DNA of 60,378 nucleotides, filler included, from Sphacelaria rigidula (Eukaryota), in NCBI GenBank assembly GCA_964200075.2. It is 9 parts of 9 records of this genome, joined end to end, with 100 filler letters (N's around TTAATTAATTAA, not from the genome) between each part and the next. Parts side by side here need not be neighbours in the genome. Positions count along the whole stretch, not along the records: positions 1 to 6,620 come from CAXNAA020019011.1; positions 6,721 to 13,340 come from CAXNAA020019012.1; 7 more parts are not named here. One strand, 5' to 3'. Positions 1 through 11,905 of the stretch are shown in pieces. Below the pieces are notes generated by a model. That model was not told the DNA's origin. It saw nothing but the letters and a program-made list of their open reading frames with translations, and did no database searches. The number at the start of each line of letters is the position of its first letter. The stretch's first letter is position 1. A program made the translations under genes and the position numbers.

Positions 1-627
1 TTCGTTGATTTTGTCCGGTTCGGGTCCTGGAAGATTTTGCGATGCGTGGCTGGAGACATGCGGTGGAAGCTACGAATCAACCAACGTTCGGACGAATCAT
101 CGCCGGTTCGGATCACCAAATCCACGACGTTTTAGGCCTGATTGCTCGAAAGAGATAAACAAAAGTTGACTGCTGGTTAAAAAGGTCTTGACGCAACTTT
201 TGCGCCATTCCACGTGCTTGGGGTGCGCGTAAATTTAGCGCAACGCTGTACACAAAGCCCAAGGATTGATTCGTACGGTACAAATCAATGACACTGAACT
301 CAAGTAATTCCCAGATGAATCGTTACTCTGTCCGGCTCTTGGAACCAACGGCTTAATACGCACACCCCAATTTCGAAGTTGCTGACAGGTTGATCACGAG
401 AAGCACTGCGCTGCACATGACGCTCGGTGGTCCGGCCCGAACCTCAATTGAACTGGTTCACGCTGTGTGTGTGTTCTTTCGGAGCAGACGTCACTCGTCC
501 CTCGCCTCTTGCGTCACACAAGCAGTTTTTTGTTTGCCAGGGTGTTTGCATTGGCGAAGGGTTTACGCAGCTACAAGCGTTCTCGAATAGGTCTGCGTCC
601 CTTCCTTGCCGCCCCCCCCCCCCCCCC

Positions 628-895
628 TTGAGGGTTGGCATCGGTTGGCAACGGCGCTGTAAAACAGTCCGCTCACTGCGAAACCTAGGCAATCAGGTCA
701 CGTTTTTGTTGTTGTCTCTTGTGCTATGTTTGTGGTAGCCTTGATCATGGTGGTCCGAGTCAGATGATCCTGTGTGGCGTGGAGAACCTCAACTTCGCGC
801 GAAGGGGATGATCGCACCACCTAATATTTGAACGATGAGACACCCATGGGGCAGTGTGTAAGCCGTGGCTGTCCCTGGAAGTAGTGATACTAAGC
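628..895 (+). repeat. Dispersed repeat; inverted copy at ~55860-56110
   Basis: GGGTTGGCATCGGTTGGCAACG...GGAGAACCTCAACTTCGCGCGAAGGGGATGATC...CTGGAAGTAG aligns to the reverse complement in contig 9. Confidence 0.75.
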
Positions 896-2088
896 AAGCT
901 AACTAGTATGCTTCGGGTCGAACAATCTTAGCAGGATACAGCCCATCCTTCATGCGACTCGCCGAACACATGACGGCGCTTCGCGCTTTGGTGATCGCGA
1001 GCCTCATGCGGTGAAAACCCCGGTAGTCGCCGTCCCGGCTTTGTAACGCGGGACTTGCCACATTGAGGATTGATTTTTTTGAGAGGATGCACCTTGGAAA
1101 CGTTCAGAAGCATCGAATTATTCTCGAAAACACCATGGAAATGCACTATCCGGCCGTGATGTTTGGGCTCGCCTATCCTTAGGAAAAGGTCCATCCGCAA
1201 TTTGAAAATTCCCCTCAACAGGGGGACTGTGACAAATAAGAACAGTTTCTGGTGAGGAAATGAACGGAGGTCGAAGTTGTTGTGTATAGAATACGGGATT
1301 TGACATGTTGCGGATGGATTCTTTTGAGGATAACCGAGGCTACACATCATGGCCGGAGAGTGCAATTGCATTTTTATTCCGACGATGTTTCAATGCTGAT
1401 GAAGGTTCCCAAGGTTCGTCCTCAATAGAAAAATCCGGCCGCAATTTGTAAAATCCCCTGCTGTGCAGGGGTGCGAGGTCTATGGTCTTATGAAAACGGC
1501 ATGCAGAATCACGAGTACACCCTCTCTCTCTTTCCCCGCTCCCTGTCCCGCTCTTGCTGTAGGGAGAGAAGACATTCATGGGTAGGTGTGATGTGGGTAG
1601 GTGACCTCATATATCTTGGTGTCAACGGCGGTTCCGTTTTTGTTTCGACTTTGTCCCCTTGCCAACTAAATTTTGTCCCTTTTGGTCACCCAGTATCGAA
1701 TCCTGGCCATCCCTGAGCATACACACACCGCAAAGGCTTCTCAAACTGGTCCGAAAAACAAAATCATGTTTGGACGACTTATTTTTGATCTCTTCGCATT
1801 ACAAGTATATACTTTCATCAAGAAATCTAGAGCGATACCTTCCCCTGTTGGAGATCCTCGGTTCCTGAGATTCGCCGTGACTGTTGTCCAAGAATTTGGA
1901 GGAGGTGGTGTTCCATATGGGTCTCCACTGATGTGGCGAATGACCAATGCTGTTTCATCACTGGTTAACAGTCCACACGTGCACACATGTATTCGATTTG
2001 GCATGGGCTGCAGCGAGCGGTGTGATCGACCCAAGAGTTTTCCCCTCTTCCCCCCGCTACCCCTCCCCCCCGCGCTGCGACGGAGCAG

Positions 2089-2370
2089 ACCATCCTGGGA
2101 AGCTACACTGCGGTGGGTATCTTGGAAGAGTGGGATCTCACCATGGACCTGTTCAACGCAAAGGTCAAGAGCCCGGTGAAGGACTGGAGGGAACAGAAAA
2201 AGTCCAACCCTGGCCAGGCATCGGACGTCAGGAGCCGTCTCTTGTCGTGGGCGCACAGGAGCCCCGAAATACACAGGGCTATGTCCACCGACATGCTCTT
2301 GTACGACTATGCGTATTCGGTGTTCAGGGAGCAGACAAGCGAAACACTGGGCACCGAATGGGAGACATGA
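2089..2370 (+). CDS. Terminal exon of a sulfotransferase-like protein (carbohydrate sulfotransferase-type C-terminus)
   Basis: A C-rich tract ends in CAG at 2086-2088. The exon reads TILGSYTAVGILEEWDLTMDLFNAKV...MSTDMLLYDYAYSVFREQ...WET*. The 'VGILEE...D..LY..A...F..Q' pattern resembles the C-terminus of Sulfotransfer_2/Gal-3-O-sulfotransferase-type proteins (recognition, no search run). Confidence 0.7.
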   Translation, partial: TILGSYTAVGILEEWDLTMDLFNAKVKSPVKDWREQKKSNPGQASDVRSRLLSWAHRSPEIHRAMSTDMLLYDYAYSVFREQTSETLGTEWET

Positions 2371-4993
2371 GTCACGAAGCCTAGCGTGGCGAGTGCGGCG
2401 ACGCAGCCAGAGCGGATGGTGGCGGAGGGGCGGTAGTTTCAGTAGTTTTAGCAGAGGGATTGATGACACATTGGACACACTACAGGTGCCGTGATTGATG
2501 TGTGTGCATTGCCTGGCTCTGTCCTTCTTTTGACTTCTGTTTTCCTTTCCCTACGTTCGATTGTTCTGTTTTTCTTTTTTCAATTTTATTTTCCTCTAAT
2601 TTTCTGTTTCTGATCACGAGCTGGATTGTTGCAATCAGCCACGTCATGCGAGATATTCATCTCATGGTGTTGTTTGTGTTTGTGTTTGTGTTCCGTGTGT
2701 TGTTGTTGTCATTGCTGTTGTTGTTGTTGTCGCTGTTTCCTTTCTTTTTTCGTTTCTGTGGCTGCTGCTTCTATCTTGTTCTGTTTCTTTCCTTGTTTGA
2801 TATTCTGCTCTTTTTTTTGCTGCTTTTGACCACGGGCTGGATTGTTCCATTCAGCTAATATGAGATGATCAATAAAACACTCAAATCAAGAGAGTTTGTC
2901 GGAGAGATATTGTAGGTTGAAAACATGGAAGCACGAAAGCATGAAAGTACAGCGACAGCTATCTTGAATATGGCCTCAAGAACTGTGTGCCATCCATGAG
3001 CGGCCGTGTGCTGTGAGCGATCCACCGATGTTCGACTCCTGGATAGCGAAAAAGATCACGCCTTCTTGAGAAGGGTAGCTGGAGGGGTGCTACGAGGTCG
3101 TACGGAGGTCGGAGAAGAGAACGCCACGTCTGGGGCTTTACCGTGTTCGACGGTTGGAAATATGTTTTGTGGGTGTTTCAAGTTGCGAGGTCCGCATGTA
3201 TCTTGAAAAGTGTGCAAGTTTGAACTGGATCTTTGGCTGGGTATGGCGGTGTGTTTTCGACGGTTGGGAATTTTCTGGTTGTGCTACAGTAAACACGTGT
3301 TCAAGACTTGAGACAGGGTTGAGGATCGCGAATATGCTGATTTCCCATGTCCGTCTGGTCCGTGGCAAGAACGAACGAGTATACTGTTTGCGGGTTCCGT
3401 TTGGCCTTTGTGGCGGTCGATGACTATTGTTGTGGTTTGTGCCGATCTTACTTTTGATTCATATCGAGACAGGAAAGACTAGCCTTGGCCGCTCTAGCGA
3501 CGCTGAATGCTGTTTTATTTCTTGCATTGATTTGGCCACTCACTCGCCGTTCGTGGATAGCACGCTGTTGGTTGCTGTGCATAAGCGAGGCTGAGGGCTA
3601 CACTGCGCCACGATCGCATCCATCACTCGACTGCATATCCTTCGGAGATGATCGTGCGCGAAGCCCTTGTTATCCATGTACGTGTTGCTGCTACAGTATT
3701 GATGATTGAGCAATTCACCGCAGCACGGAAGTGTCGTAGTAGCTAAATCATGTATGTGACGCATCCTGCCCCCCCCCTCCCTCCCCCCTTGAAGCGTTTG
3801 AGAAGCATCTGAGAAGCATGTTCTCTGTTTCGTGATATATTTGAACTGGTCCACCGAAAGTATTACGTGCTTCCTTTTTTTTCTTGGCGTTTACTTGAGA
3901 GCTCTGATTGTTGTCAGACGCATGAACGGAGCATTTTCGCTGTATCTTTTATACTGTATGTCGGACTGGACGTCGAGTGATCTCAATTCCATGGGAGGCG
4001 TTGGTAAGATGGTAACACCTGTTGTTGTTTTTTCTCGTTTTCGTTGCACATTCGACCGTTCCGTCCTTTTACTGAGCGCGTCAGTAGTTTGGCGGATGTT
4101 GGAGTGAGCACTAGGGGTGTCGCTGTCGTCTTTGGTTCGTCGGCCAATCATCTCATGTTATGAGTTCCTCGCTCCTCCCACCCGCCGCAGACTCTGATTC
4201 TTTTACCGGTAGAGATGTCTCATGGACGGATGTGTCGCCCTGAATTATGTTCCAGTGTGTGTGTGTTTAGCCTTGTCTGCGGGTGTATTTCCAGTGGCTT
4301 CGCGTGATGTATAAGAGTAGTGTAAGTGATTTGAGGGGTTTTGGTTCTTAATCGACGTGAAAGGAACGTGTCACAACAGTTGTGCGGTTATTTTGTTGCT
4401 GCTGCGCAACTTTGTGTTGGAATGATGGATGGCCTCAACGACCTCGCCGGGTGAAATCGCCGGTGCAGTGGTGAAACCCCGGCGTTGGTTTCCCTGCTGT
4501 GGGCACAAGGAAGCGGAGCGGTGCCTGTGACGGACGGCATCGGTGCACGTTGTATGCTGTCGCATCGCAGTCGATTTGTACCCCGCCACACGTGCCTGTG
4601 TCTTTTCCATTGTGTGTTGGTGTTGATACGCGAACGCGGAGAAAAGTGCAGGAGGCACCGACTCCCTCCATCTATTCAGCGCTGGTCTCGGGGAAACCAT
4701 TCGACTGGTCGAAAATCCTTGAAGGTGATGTGATATCCTTTTTTCAGTGCCGGGCGGTGTTGGATGTGCACTATATCGCTATCTCCGTCCCTCTCCATCG
4801 ATGTGTCTATTGTAGGGAAGAGGAAGCGGCCGAAAGCGTACGCACGTAACACGGATGACACGCGGCGAATGTCGCCAAATACGCTGCCGACATGGAACGA
4901 CACACGCTCTCGCAATGCAAAGACTCGAACGTTTGGGCGGCAGCATGGCCCACCCTGTCATGTGCCGACATGTGAACATATTACTATTTCATA

Positions 4994-5340
4994 CCGGTCG
5001 CCCCGGTGGCTCAGTTGGTAACCTCGAAACCCTCTGACCGTTGGGTCGTGGGTTCAATCCTCGGAGCGATCTGGGATTTTTCTCACACCAGGTCCAGCAG
5101 TGGAGAGCGGTTATGTCGTGGGTACACAAAATTCGACTCAAAGGTCGACGAGGGAAAGGGACTGCTGAGCCCCTCTCGCGATAAAAAAATAAAGGCAAGC
5201 ACCGCAGAAGGAGGGTGGGGTACTAAAAACAAATAAAAAAGAAAAGGCTCCTGTGTTGACCTTCCTCCTGTGTGACCCCGAGTGGTGCACCCACATATAC
5301 CGAAAGGCGTAGACCGGCGCCCAGAATAGATGGGATGTGT
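4994..5340 (+). mobile_element. tRNA-derived SINE (family SINE-A), full-length copy
   Basis: Pol III A box TGGCTCAGTTGG (5007-5018) and B box GGTTCAATCC (5051-5060) in a tRNA-Lys-like head. The ~350-bp body aligns by eye to 44117-44470. Confidence 0.85.
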
Positions 5341-5347
5341 GTCGCCG

Positions 5348-5890
5348 TCCCATCTATTCTGGACGCCAGTCTACACCTTTCGGTACATGTGGGCGTACCA
5401 GCCGGGGTCACACAGGAGGAAGGTCGATATAGGACAATGGTTTCGTGAGATTGAGAGTAGAGGATACGATTGAAGGTGAAGAGCGGTCAATTAGTAACTG
5501 AATCGTTTCATTTCCGAAATGCCCCCCCCCGACGAGGCCCGATATGTTTTCTGTAGTAGCTTGCCACTGAGGCCCTTGATATTCCCGAGGAGGATATCGA
5601 CGTGTAGCTGTAAGCACACGCTAGTGATGAGGGCAAAGAAAAGCACAGACGGAATGAAAAATGGACAAGTTCAAGCGAATTATCGAAGCAACTCTCAATC
5701 AGCGCTCTGCTCTCGGTCTCACGAAAACGTTGTTACGGGTGCTTTTTCTTTTCCATTTGTTATGAATACTCCATCTTCCTTCTACCGTGCTTGGCTTTCT
5801 TTTGTAACACGAGAGGCGTGCAGCACTCCGTTTCCCTCGTCGACCGTTCAGTCGACTTTTGTTTATTCACAACATACTCGTACACACAAA
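5348..5890 (-). mobile_element. SINE-A 5'-truncated copy, interrupted by a MITE at 5435-5732
   Basis: Reverse complement of the SINE-A 3' part at 5348-5434 and of the middle part at ~5733-5890. Confidence 0.75.
5435..5732. mobile_element. ~300-bp MITE (family M1); copies at ~23013-23310 and ~53321-53586 (truncated)
   Basis: Imperfect ~28-bp TIR CAATGGTTTCGTGAGATTGAGAGTAGAG / CTCTGCTCTCGGTCTCACGAAAACGTTG. The internal sequence is shared by three copies on three contigs. Confidence 0.8.
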
Positions 5891-6620
5891 TAAATAAAAA
5901 TACCGATTGTAGAAATGATGGGCAGGAAATAGATGACGGGGCTATCCGACGCGTGGCCTCGTCACAAGATATATTATAGGTCACAACCAAACGGTCTGTT
6001 CCCACCAGCAACTTCGTGCTTCTTGATGATGCTGTGTTCTGCTGTACTGTAGTATCTGCGCGGACAGCCGGACAGCTGCGTTGCTTTTGAAAAAAAGGTC
6101 GGGATTTTCATCCTTCTTTGCTGTTACGGGGGTCGCAGCGGCAGTAGATCCCTGTCGAACAGAACAAGCGGCACTCATAAGCTCGATGTAAAGTTTGTAC
6201 ATACTTAGTACGCGCTTGTTTTCTGTCAGTCGTGCGCTCAGATATCCTCACCAAACCCTGGGCTGTAGACATTACCTATCGTACAGACGGTGCAGTAGCG
6301 TACACTCTGCGCAGCACGGCAGGCAGGAATGTCACTACTGGATGTTATCTGCTCTTCACTTCGAAAGCAAGTCAATATTCTACTGGTTTTGTCTCTGCAA
6401 ACGGCGACCGCACTTGACGCCAACAGCACAACCACTGCTGCCGACACACGCTAAGAAAACGCGACCTATTTGCAGGTGGCGCAGGAGTGCCCCCTCCCAA
6501 AATGCCAGACCCTATGCCGATTTTTTCAATCCTAGGTGTTCTCGGGGGGGAGGGGGGGGGGATAATTATATTCATAACTTTAAAAAATATAGAAAAAAAA
6601 ACATAAAAAAAAAAAAAAAA

Positions 6621-6720
6621 NNNNNNNNNNNNNNNNNNNNNNNNNNNNNNNNNNNNNNNNNNNNTTAATTAATTAANNNNNNNNNNNNNNNNNNNNNNNN
6701 NNNNNNNNNNNNNNNNNNNN
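6621..6720. other. Artificial contig linker (N44-TTAATTAATTAA-N44); also at 13341-13440, 20061-20160, 26781-26880, 33501-33600, 40221-40320, 46941-47040 and 53660-53759
   Basis: The same 100-bp spacer with a six-frame stop cassette occurs eight times. The intervening segments are 6620 bp (x7) then 6619 bp (x2), i.e. length-sorted contigs. Confidence 0.98.
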
Positions 6721-6771
6721 CTCACGCCTGAGGCAGTCACCATCGCTGGGCGTCGTGGCCGCGCGGGGGGG

Positions 6772-6810
<39 letters not shown>

Positions 6811-7049
6811 CAAAGTGTTACAAGGAGAAAAGGGATCAAGTAGCATGCGTGAAAGTTGGAAGGTTTGCCCTTCCATTAAGCCGTCAGCTCGACTGAGAGC
6901 GTGTGTTATCGGAAAAAGAAACGATCGAAAAAGCGCGGCGGAAAGAAGAGTGTTCCGATCTGATACGTTCACGTCATTCACGTCCTCAGGTGGCTTCAAC
7001 TCTTATTTACAATTCTTCGCACACGATCGGGAGACAAGAAGTGGGAAAA

Positions 7050-7560
7050 GTTAGCCTTTTCGATCAAAAATATGAGGTGTAAAGGCATGAAGGGGAACTT
7101 GACTCTCATCTTGCGGGCCACCACACCAGATACCACCCGTTCACAGAGCCACGCAAACCCCGCACGACTCATTCTCACGTACCACCGCAGCCCTGCAGCA
7201 TAGAGGACGAGTTGAGCGCGGGGATATACACACCGCAGTGGATGATAACTGGCATAATGATCCTCTTGGGGGGATGTCTTTCTCTTTTTTTTTGCGAAAA
7301 CTTGAGCATTTTTCATGGTGGGGGACGACGATAACATTGCGTGGTAGGGTGTGTGACCGAATTGCGTATACGGTCATGGACAGTATAGGCCGTACGATTC
7401 TTCACGTTGTTCAAATCTTTTTCACATCGTACTGTATGCAGAGAGTACAGACAGTCCCGTACTGTATGTACGGCACGTTGCCCGCGTCTTTTTTACACCC
7501 CACTGTACGAAAACACCCACACTCACACACACATAAACACACACTGCAGGCAGGTAGCAT
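7050..7560 (+). repeat. Diverged dispersed repeat; second copy at ~12270-12740
   Basis: Shared CTCATTCTCA..TACCACCGCA.CCCTGCAGCATAGAG core with CGATCGAAAA-rich flanks. Confidence 0.75.
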
Positions 7561-8709
7561 AGACGGTACTGTTATATGTGTAGTACTGCTTACAAGCAAT
7601 CAAGTCCCGCTTCACGATTTTCGCCGTATTTTTCCGGTTCTGCGTTTGCAAATTCAATTGAACCCGAACCACGCAAAACGAACGAACTCGATCGAATCAA
7701 TTCCGCCGCGCGTTTTCGATCGATCGAAAAACAAATTTGACAAGACATACACTAGTCCAAAAACAGACAACGCTGCTTCCTTAATCGTCGACTACATAAA
7801 CCAAGCACACGATCAACCACCTGTGCCCCGGGCTATTTAGAAATTTCGTTTGTGTAGCGCGCCGTGTGTCTCGTGATTAACGTGTGAGCAGGTTTGGGGT
7901 GAGCCGTCATATTTACCGTGGTTCGTAACGTCTATTTCAGTTTATAGTTGTGGTTTTGTCAAACCTCGCCAGACCCAAGCCGCGCAAAACGAGCAGAATC
8001 AGTTAGGCAGCCTTTTACCGCTTGTCTACAAGTTAAGTCGCTTCTTCTTCAGTCCAACATAAAAAAAAGAAATCGGTTAACTGCCTTTTTAAACCTTGCG
8101 CTAGGCAGATTTCGAATCCTCGGAATGACTTGCTATGCTCTTTCAGATGGTTTCAGGGTACCTCTACATTCCTGGTGGGCGCAGAGTGTATTTTGGCATC
8201 ACTTTCGATATTAATATATAGAACATGCGGTCAAAGCTCGAAATATTTTCAAGTTTTTTGTTACGTTTGCGCGCAGATGGCATATTTTCGGATTCGGTGT
8301 GGAAAATTCCGAAGCCGACTCAGGTTAAACTGCGTGCACCAGAAAAATGATGGTGGCGTTTCTCCTGCGCCGTGCTGATTCCTCTGCCGCGGAAAAATTA
8401 TGAATGCCTGTTGCCCCAGCTGTCTGTCCTTACTGTGATAACTCCTCTTTCCACGATAGTTTTTTCGTCTGGACCCAATACAACTGATACCATGGAGCAT
8501 GATTGCTTCAAGTTGAGCACTATAGTTGGTGTTGAATAAAAAGTAAGAAACAAGCCTGCATATCATCGAAACGGAAGAACACTGCATCACAGCGGAGTTT
8601 TCTCGTTTCGCCGCAATGTCTCGCATCTCATATTTGTTGATGAGGCAGCCCCTTAGATCAAAATAGATAAGAGTTGTTTACGCATAAATAGCGAGTCAGA
8701 GGCTACCAG

Positions 8710-11039
8710 CAGAATCACCAATTGGACCCGTCCGGGTACACCGTTCCCTGGGACTCCCGTTGCTTGTATCGACACTTTCCTTGGTACTGTGACTATTTCG
8801 GGTATGGACCCCCCTGTGCCTGAAGGTTCGTAGTCCGCACGTCCTTAGGTTCAAGCTTAGAGTGAATGTTGCGGTTGGGTCTGGTCGGGTCGGTACTGGT
8901 TGGATTGGGTTGGGTTGGGTTGGGTTGGTACGACGTTCAACACTTCAAGGGCATTTCGGGTAGGGTGTGCACTCTTGAGTACCCGGGTATGATATCAGAG
9001 GTGCTTACTCTACTCAAATTTTGGATAGAATGGGTACGAACTCAAATGTTATGCCTGAATATTGAGCAGAGTTGGGTATGGTGTCATTAGTCTACCCCAA
9101 TATTGGGTAACTACTCTCAGCAATACCTGGGTATAGTGTAGGTATGACTTCAATGCTCTACTCAATTTTGCGTAAGGAATCTCAGTAACCCAGACCGCTG
9201 GTGACTTCGTGACGTCATTTCACAGACTACCTCGACTGTGAGGGCGAATGATGACCAGCAAAAAAAAGCGTGCAGTTTGATCGCACCGCACATGATCACT
9301 CCGAATTGTGGCCAGATTTCGGTTTCCAGCATAGAGCCCACCACGTTCTTGCCTTTATGTGAGTAGGCGGGTAGGCGGGTAGAAGGAGGAAACAATGAGC
9401 GACAATGCGGACCACGCTTCCGAAACTGCTGCAGACAGTTCAATGAGCACTTTGCAATACAAGGCAACACAGTATTGTCTACACAAAAATACAGCAGTAC
9501 GGCATAGTAAGACCAATCTCTGACGTATATGTTGTACTGCTTGTTCCTTCTGACCTGTCCTGTACTACAACATACTTGACAGCACTGTCTGTCTACAGTA
9601 TCCTCGGTAGCGTGTGATGAACAACACGTATACTTGTGAACTGAGCAAGAAATACAACAGCAAGAGATGCCCATGATGTTGTCAACGGAAAATTTATTGC
9701 ACTGTCACTGTGTACAAACTGGTGCTGAACATACTAAAAAATTAAACTGCTCGTACTTTTGTCTGTCCTCTTCTGTCCTACAGTATGCTTGCTGACTGCA
9801 CTGTGTGTCGAGTAGTTTTAGTAGTATGCGGAACCTATAACGTATATTTGCGATAGCAAAAGAAAACAATACATCGAAGAAAGATGAAGAAAGGTTTGTG
9901 TGTAGGATCTGTGTGTAGGATCAGTAGACGCGCGAATATGGGGTTGTAGAAACATTGCACACGTCGGGCAACTAATGAGTTAGCTCAGGTATGTTGTACA
10001 ACTCACCCGGTCAGAATCTGTACCGCGAAGTTACTGGGTATGAGTCCCCTGAGTAGAATATGCACCGGTGATTTTTGTTACTACAATGGGTGTCGCCAAT
10101 GCAGCAACGGCTGTAAAATGGTTCGAGACTGAGATTTTGAAGATTCTGAGAAGACCTCCAAGCTGGGCACTGCCTTGAACTCAAGAATGTCGAGCCCTTC
10201 CTGTCTGCCCTAACCAGAGACATCACGCCTGCTCGTACGGAAGGGGTGTTGTGTGATTTCCCCCACACATAGAAGGAGCAAGTCCCGCTCGCGTTGAAGT
10301 CATGCCGAGCCCACTTTATGGTTTCTTGTGAGGGCTTGCGATACTGTGCCGTACGTGTGTGTGTGCGCGTGCGCGTGCGTGCGTGTGATCGAGGATCAAC
10401 ACGTGTGACTCAGAAGCTATCTTCGAACTCAAAACACAAAAGTGAGCTCCACCTCTCTCTCTCTCTCTCTCTTCTCTCTCGAATCGCTGCGTTATGTTAA
10501 TAACTCACCCGGCCAGATTCTACACCGCTAAGTTATGTTGTATAACTCACTCAACCAATTTTTGCACCGCAGAGTTATGTCGTGCAACTCACCCGGTCAT
10601 AGTATGCAACGCGAAGTTACGTTGTATAACTCACCAGATCGGAATATGCACAGCTGAGTTATGTTATGGAGAAAAGAGTTAACTCCAGTTAACCTGGGTT
10701 CGAGTTGTCGAGCTGTCTGGCGTGTGAAACATTGGTTAGAGTTGGGGTGCCATCTCATTAGGCTACCCGAATAATACTTAAGTACTCTCAGCAACACGCG
10801 AGAGGGGTATCGCTTCGGTATGACTTAAAATAATGATTAAGCAAGAAAAACGATGTCATTAGTCTACCCAATATTTTGAGTACTGAAAGCACGACTCTTC
10901 AAAATACCCGAGTATCGGAAATACCCTACCCAACACACCCTTGCCACAGTTGCATAAGAGATCAAATAGCGGACGAGGAACAACCGTTCGGGTCCCAGAA
11001 AATGGTGGACCACTGTTGTGGGTCCAATTAGTGATTCTG
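8710..11039. mobile_element. Non-autonomous DNA transposon with 9-bp TSD (Mutator-like)
   Basis: TIR CAGAATCACCAATTGGACCC / GGGTCCAATTAGTGATTCTG. Perfect direct repeat GGCTACCAG at 8701-8709 and 11040-11048. No transposase ORF. Confidence 0.85.
10491..10668. repeat. ~42-bp tandem array (4+ units) with a palindromic core; an isolated unit lies at ~9989-10035
   Basis: Units approximate (G/A)AGTTATGTTGTATAACTCAC-N~11-TGCACCGC. Confidence 0.85.
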
Positions 11040-11689
11040 GGCTACCAGCGAAACTAAGCACAACGCCCATACATGGGTGTACTCATGATCATGCATGCCA
11101 TAGTCATAGGACCATTGACCATGGGGGTAAATTGTTGAAGTGAAATGTGAAATTCAACCAATCAGAGGCCCTTCAGTGAGGAATCGGCGAAATCTAAACC
11201 AATGAAATGCGACCTTAGTAGTCAATTATGTAGTGGAATTGCTCAGGATTGGCTCGCACACTCGAGTAACACCCATAGTGTGCGTACTACAGTACAGGAG
11301 TGAACAGTAGCGCCGAGACGCATAGAGCAGCAGCAGAGAAATGAAGCTGCAAGCAGACAAGCAGGCAGCGAGTGGTACATTGCCGGCGCAGGGGGTGATT
11401 GCGATGCTCGTGTATCGGCATATCCCCATCTTATTATGGCTGGTTGTGTCTTTCCGTGGCCGCCAGCGCTGGCGCCGATGCCAGCGGTAGCGGCTGCCAT
11501 GCTGACGGGTGCAAGCAGTACCCTGGCGGTGCAGCATATCCGCACTGTGCTGGGGGTCGCTCCCTTCATCGGAGCACGGAGTCTGGCCCAGCCGGTCCGG
11601 CGGTGTGTACCGACGCTGGTTGTGTGCCTTTACGCAGACATGTGCGGTATGTCGCATGTGATGGGTGTCGGGAACATCAAGTTTTCGAC

Positions 11690-11905
11690 AGACAGTGAAG
11701 TGTGCACGAAGACAGCACCGCGTCCCGACTGATACTATATTTTACAGGAACGAACACAACAAAACACGGGCAATCTCAGCGGAGACCAAACCGTCTTCGC
11801 AAGGTCTGAGCACACCACACAACAGTGACAGCCACAGCACATGAGAGCGGACGTGAGTGTGTTTGTGCTGCTGTACAGTAGAGTGAAACAGGACATGTCC
11901 CATGT
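11690..11905 (+). repeat. Dispersed repeat; copy at ~58130-58357
   Basis: CAGCGGAGACCAAACCGTCTTCGCAA...CAGGACATGTCCCATGT is shared. Confidence 0.75.

Noticed and set aside
2502..2858. Hydrophobic membrane-protein ORF
   Set aside because: This is T/GT-rich low-complexity sequence just downstream of a stop codon, probably 3' UTR or simple repeats.
4994..5075. Functional tRNA gene (also 44117-44195 and 31846-31885)
   Set aside because: A and B boxes are present but there is no convincing anticodon arm or acceptor stem. The head is fused to the same non-tRNA body in multiple copies, so it is a SINE.
6665..6676. TTAATTAATTAA as a biological motif
   Set aside because: It always sits in the centre of the N spacers and is a synthetic six-frame stop linker.
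10491..10668. CRISPR array
   Set aside because: The 'spacers' are homologous to each other, the repeats are degenerate, there are no cas genes, the context is eukaryotic, and it lies inside a TIR/TSD-bounded element.
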